Part shown: positions 43,952 through 44,902 of the stretch, piece after piece
Position numbering within the stretch: the first letter of the stretch is position 1
How the letters are laid out: every line of letters starts with the position of its first letter
Position numbers and translations under genes: made by a program
Notes under the pieces: model-generated
Seen by the model: the letters and a program-made list of their open reading frames with translations, nothing else
Database searches by the model: none
Told to the model about the DNA's origin: nothing
NCBI GenBank assembly: GCA_031409335.1
Contig: JANNWY010000153.1
Span: 1 to 44,902 of the forward strand
Length of the DNA: 44,902 bases
Source: Chthoniobacteraceae bacterium
Lineage (GTDB): Bacteria; Verrucomicrobiota; Verrucomicrobiia; Chthoniobacterales; Chthoniobacteraceae
Direction of reading: 5' to 3'

Positions 43952-44902
43952 ATGTGCCGTTCTCCCAACCCAATCACCGCCCTGCTTTTTTTCTGCGCGC
44001 TCGCGCTTTTTTGCCGCTCGGCGAGCGGGCGTGACACGCCGAATGTCATCTTCATCCTCGCCGACGACCTCGGCTACGGCGAGGTGGGCTGCTACGGGCA
44101 GAAGCTGATTCAGACGCCGAATCTCGACCGGATGGCGGCGGAAGGCATGCGCTTCACGCAATGCTACGCGGGCTCGCCGGTGTGCGCGCCTTCGCGCTGC
44201 GTGCTGATGACGGGCCGGCACGTCGGCCACGCCACGGTGCGCGGGAATGCGGGAAAGGGCGTCGAGGGCGCGAAATCGCTCGCGCAGACGCTGCGCGCGA
44301 GCGACCTCACGATCGCGAGTTCCTTGAAAAAGAGCGGCTACGCGACGGGGCTGATCGGCAAGTGGGGGCTCGGCGAATCCGACTCCGGCGGCGAGCCGAC
44401 GCGGCAGGGATTCGACTATTTCTTTGGCTACCTGAATCAGGTTCACGCGCATAATTATTACCCCGCATTTCTCATGCGAAATGAAGCGCCGGTGCCGCTG
44501 AAAAATGAAGTGCCCGGTGAAGGTCCGTTCGGCGACGGCGTGGCAACAAAGAAGCTGGAATACAGCTCCGATCTTTTCGCCGATGAGGCGTTGAAATGGA
44601 TCCGGGGAAAAAAAGACGGCCCATTTTTTCTCTACCTCGCGCTGACCGCGCCGCACGCGAACAACGAAGCGAACCGCGCTTTGAAAAATGGCCAGGAGGT
44701 GCCGGACCTCGGGCCATACGCGGACAAGGATTGGACCGCGCAGAACAAGGGACAGGCGGCAATGATCACGCGCATGGACGCGGACATCGGGCGCATTTTC
44801 GCGCTGCTGAAGTCGCTCGATCTCGAGCGGAAAACCCTCGTGATTTTCTCCAGCGACAACGGCGCGCACAAGGAAGGCGGCAACGATCCCGCGTTCTTCG
44901 CC
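43952..44902 (+). CDS. Arylsulfatase-family sulfatase, 3'-truncated by window edge
   Basis: Not in the ORF track (no stop in window). Signal peptide, [19 protein letters not shown] FGly motif, GKWGLG, PH, FSSDNG. Confidence 0.93.
   Translation, partial: MCRSPNPITALLFFCALALFCRSASGRDTPNVIFILADDLGYGEVGCYGQKLIQTPNLDRMAAEGMRFTQCYAGSPVCAPSRCVLMTGRHVGHATVRGNAGKGVEGAKSLAQTLRASDLTIASSLKKSGYATGLIGKWGLGESDSGGEPTRQGFDYFFGYLNQVHAHNYYPAFLMRNEAPVPLKNEVPGEGPFGDGVATKKLEYSSDLFADEALKWIRGKKDGPFFLYLALTAPHANNEANRALKNGQEVPDLGPYADKDWTAQNKGQAAMITRMDADIGRIFALLKSLDLERKTLVIFSSDNGAHKEGGNDPAFFA

Overview
A GC-rich bacterial window, most likely Verrucomicrobiota (Chthoniobacterales-like). That placement is inferred from the rpoA N-terminus MPVRLGRFEMP, a PSD1/planctomycete cytochrome c protein, a LEPR-XLL giant protein and a PEP-CTERM protein. 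Core and metabolic genes are an amidohydrolase, a MurNAc-L-Ala amidase, smc, NnrS, an M48 peptidase, a vanadium haloperoxidase/PAP2 protein, a GH5-like hydrolase, FGE, a Tat metallophosphoesterase, an ACT protein, a PanE-like protein, rplQ, rpoA and a partial sulfatase. There is also a 5288-aa CSLREA/beta-helix/FG-GAP surface protein. An accessory region at about 28.4-36.5 kb holds vapBC and a putative ADP-ribosyltransferase-fold gene coupled to a DUF6575-like gene, a candidate undescribed defence/TA pair. It also holds a VapC remnant, a stand-alone caspase/CHAT-like protease and orphan genes, lying between two same-strand fragments of a large exported protein. Several families of REP/REPIN-like palindromes and 7-/9-mer tandem repeats occur in the window, many in frame inside genes: four sites in smc, and one bridging a PEP-CTERM domain to a second signal peptide. 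Candidate cis-elements are tandem NrdR-like boxes upstream of smc and a structured rpoA-rplQ leader. All family calls come from motif recognition by eye; no searches were run.
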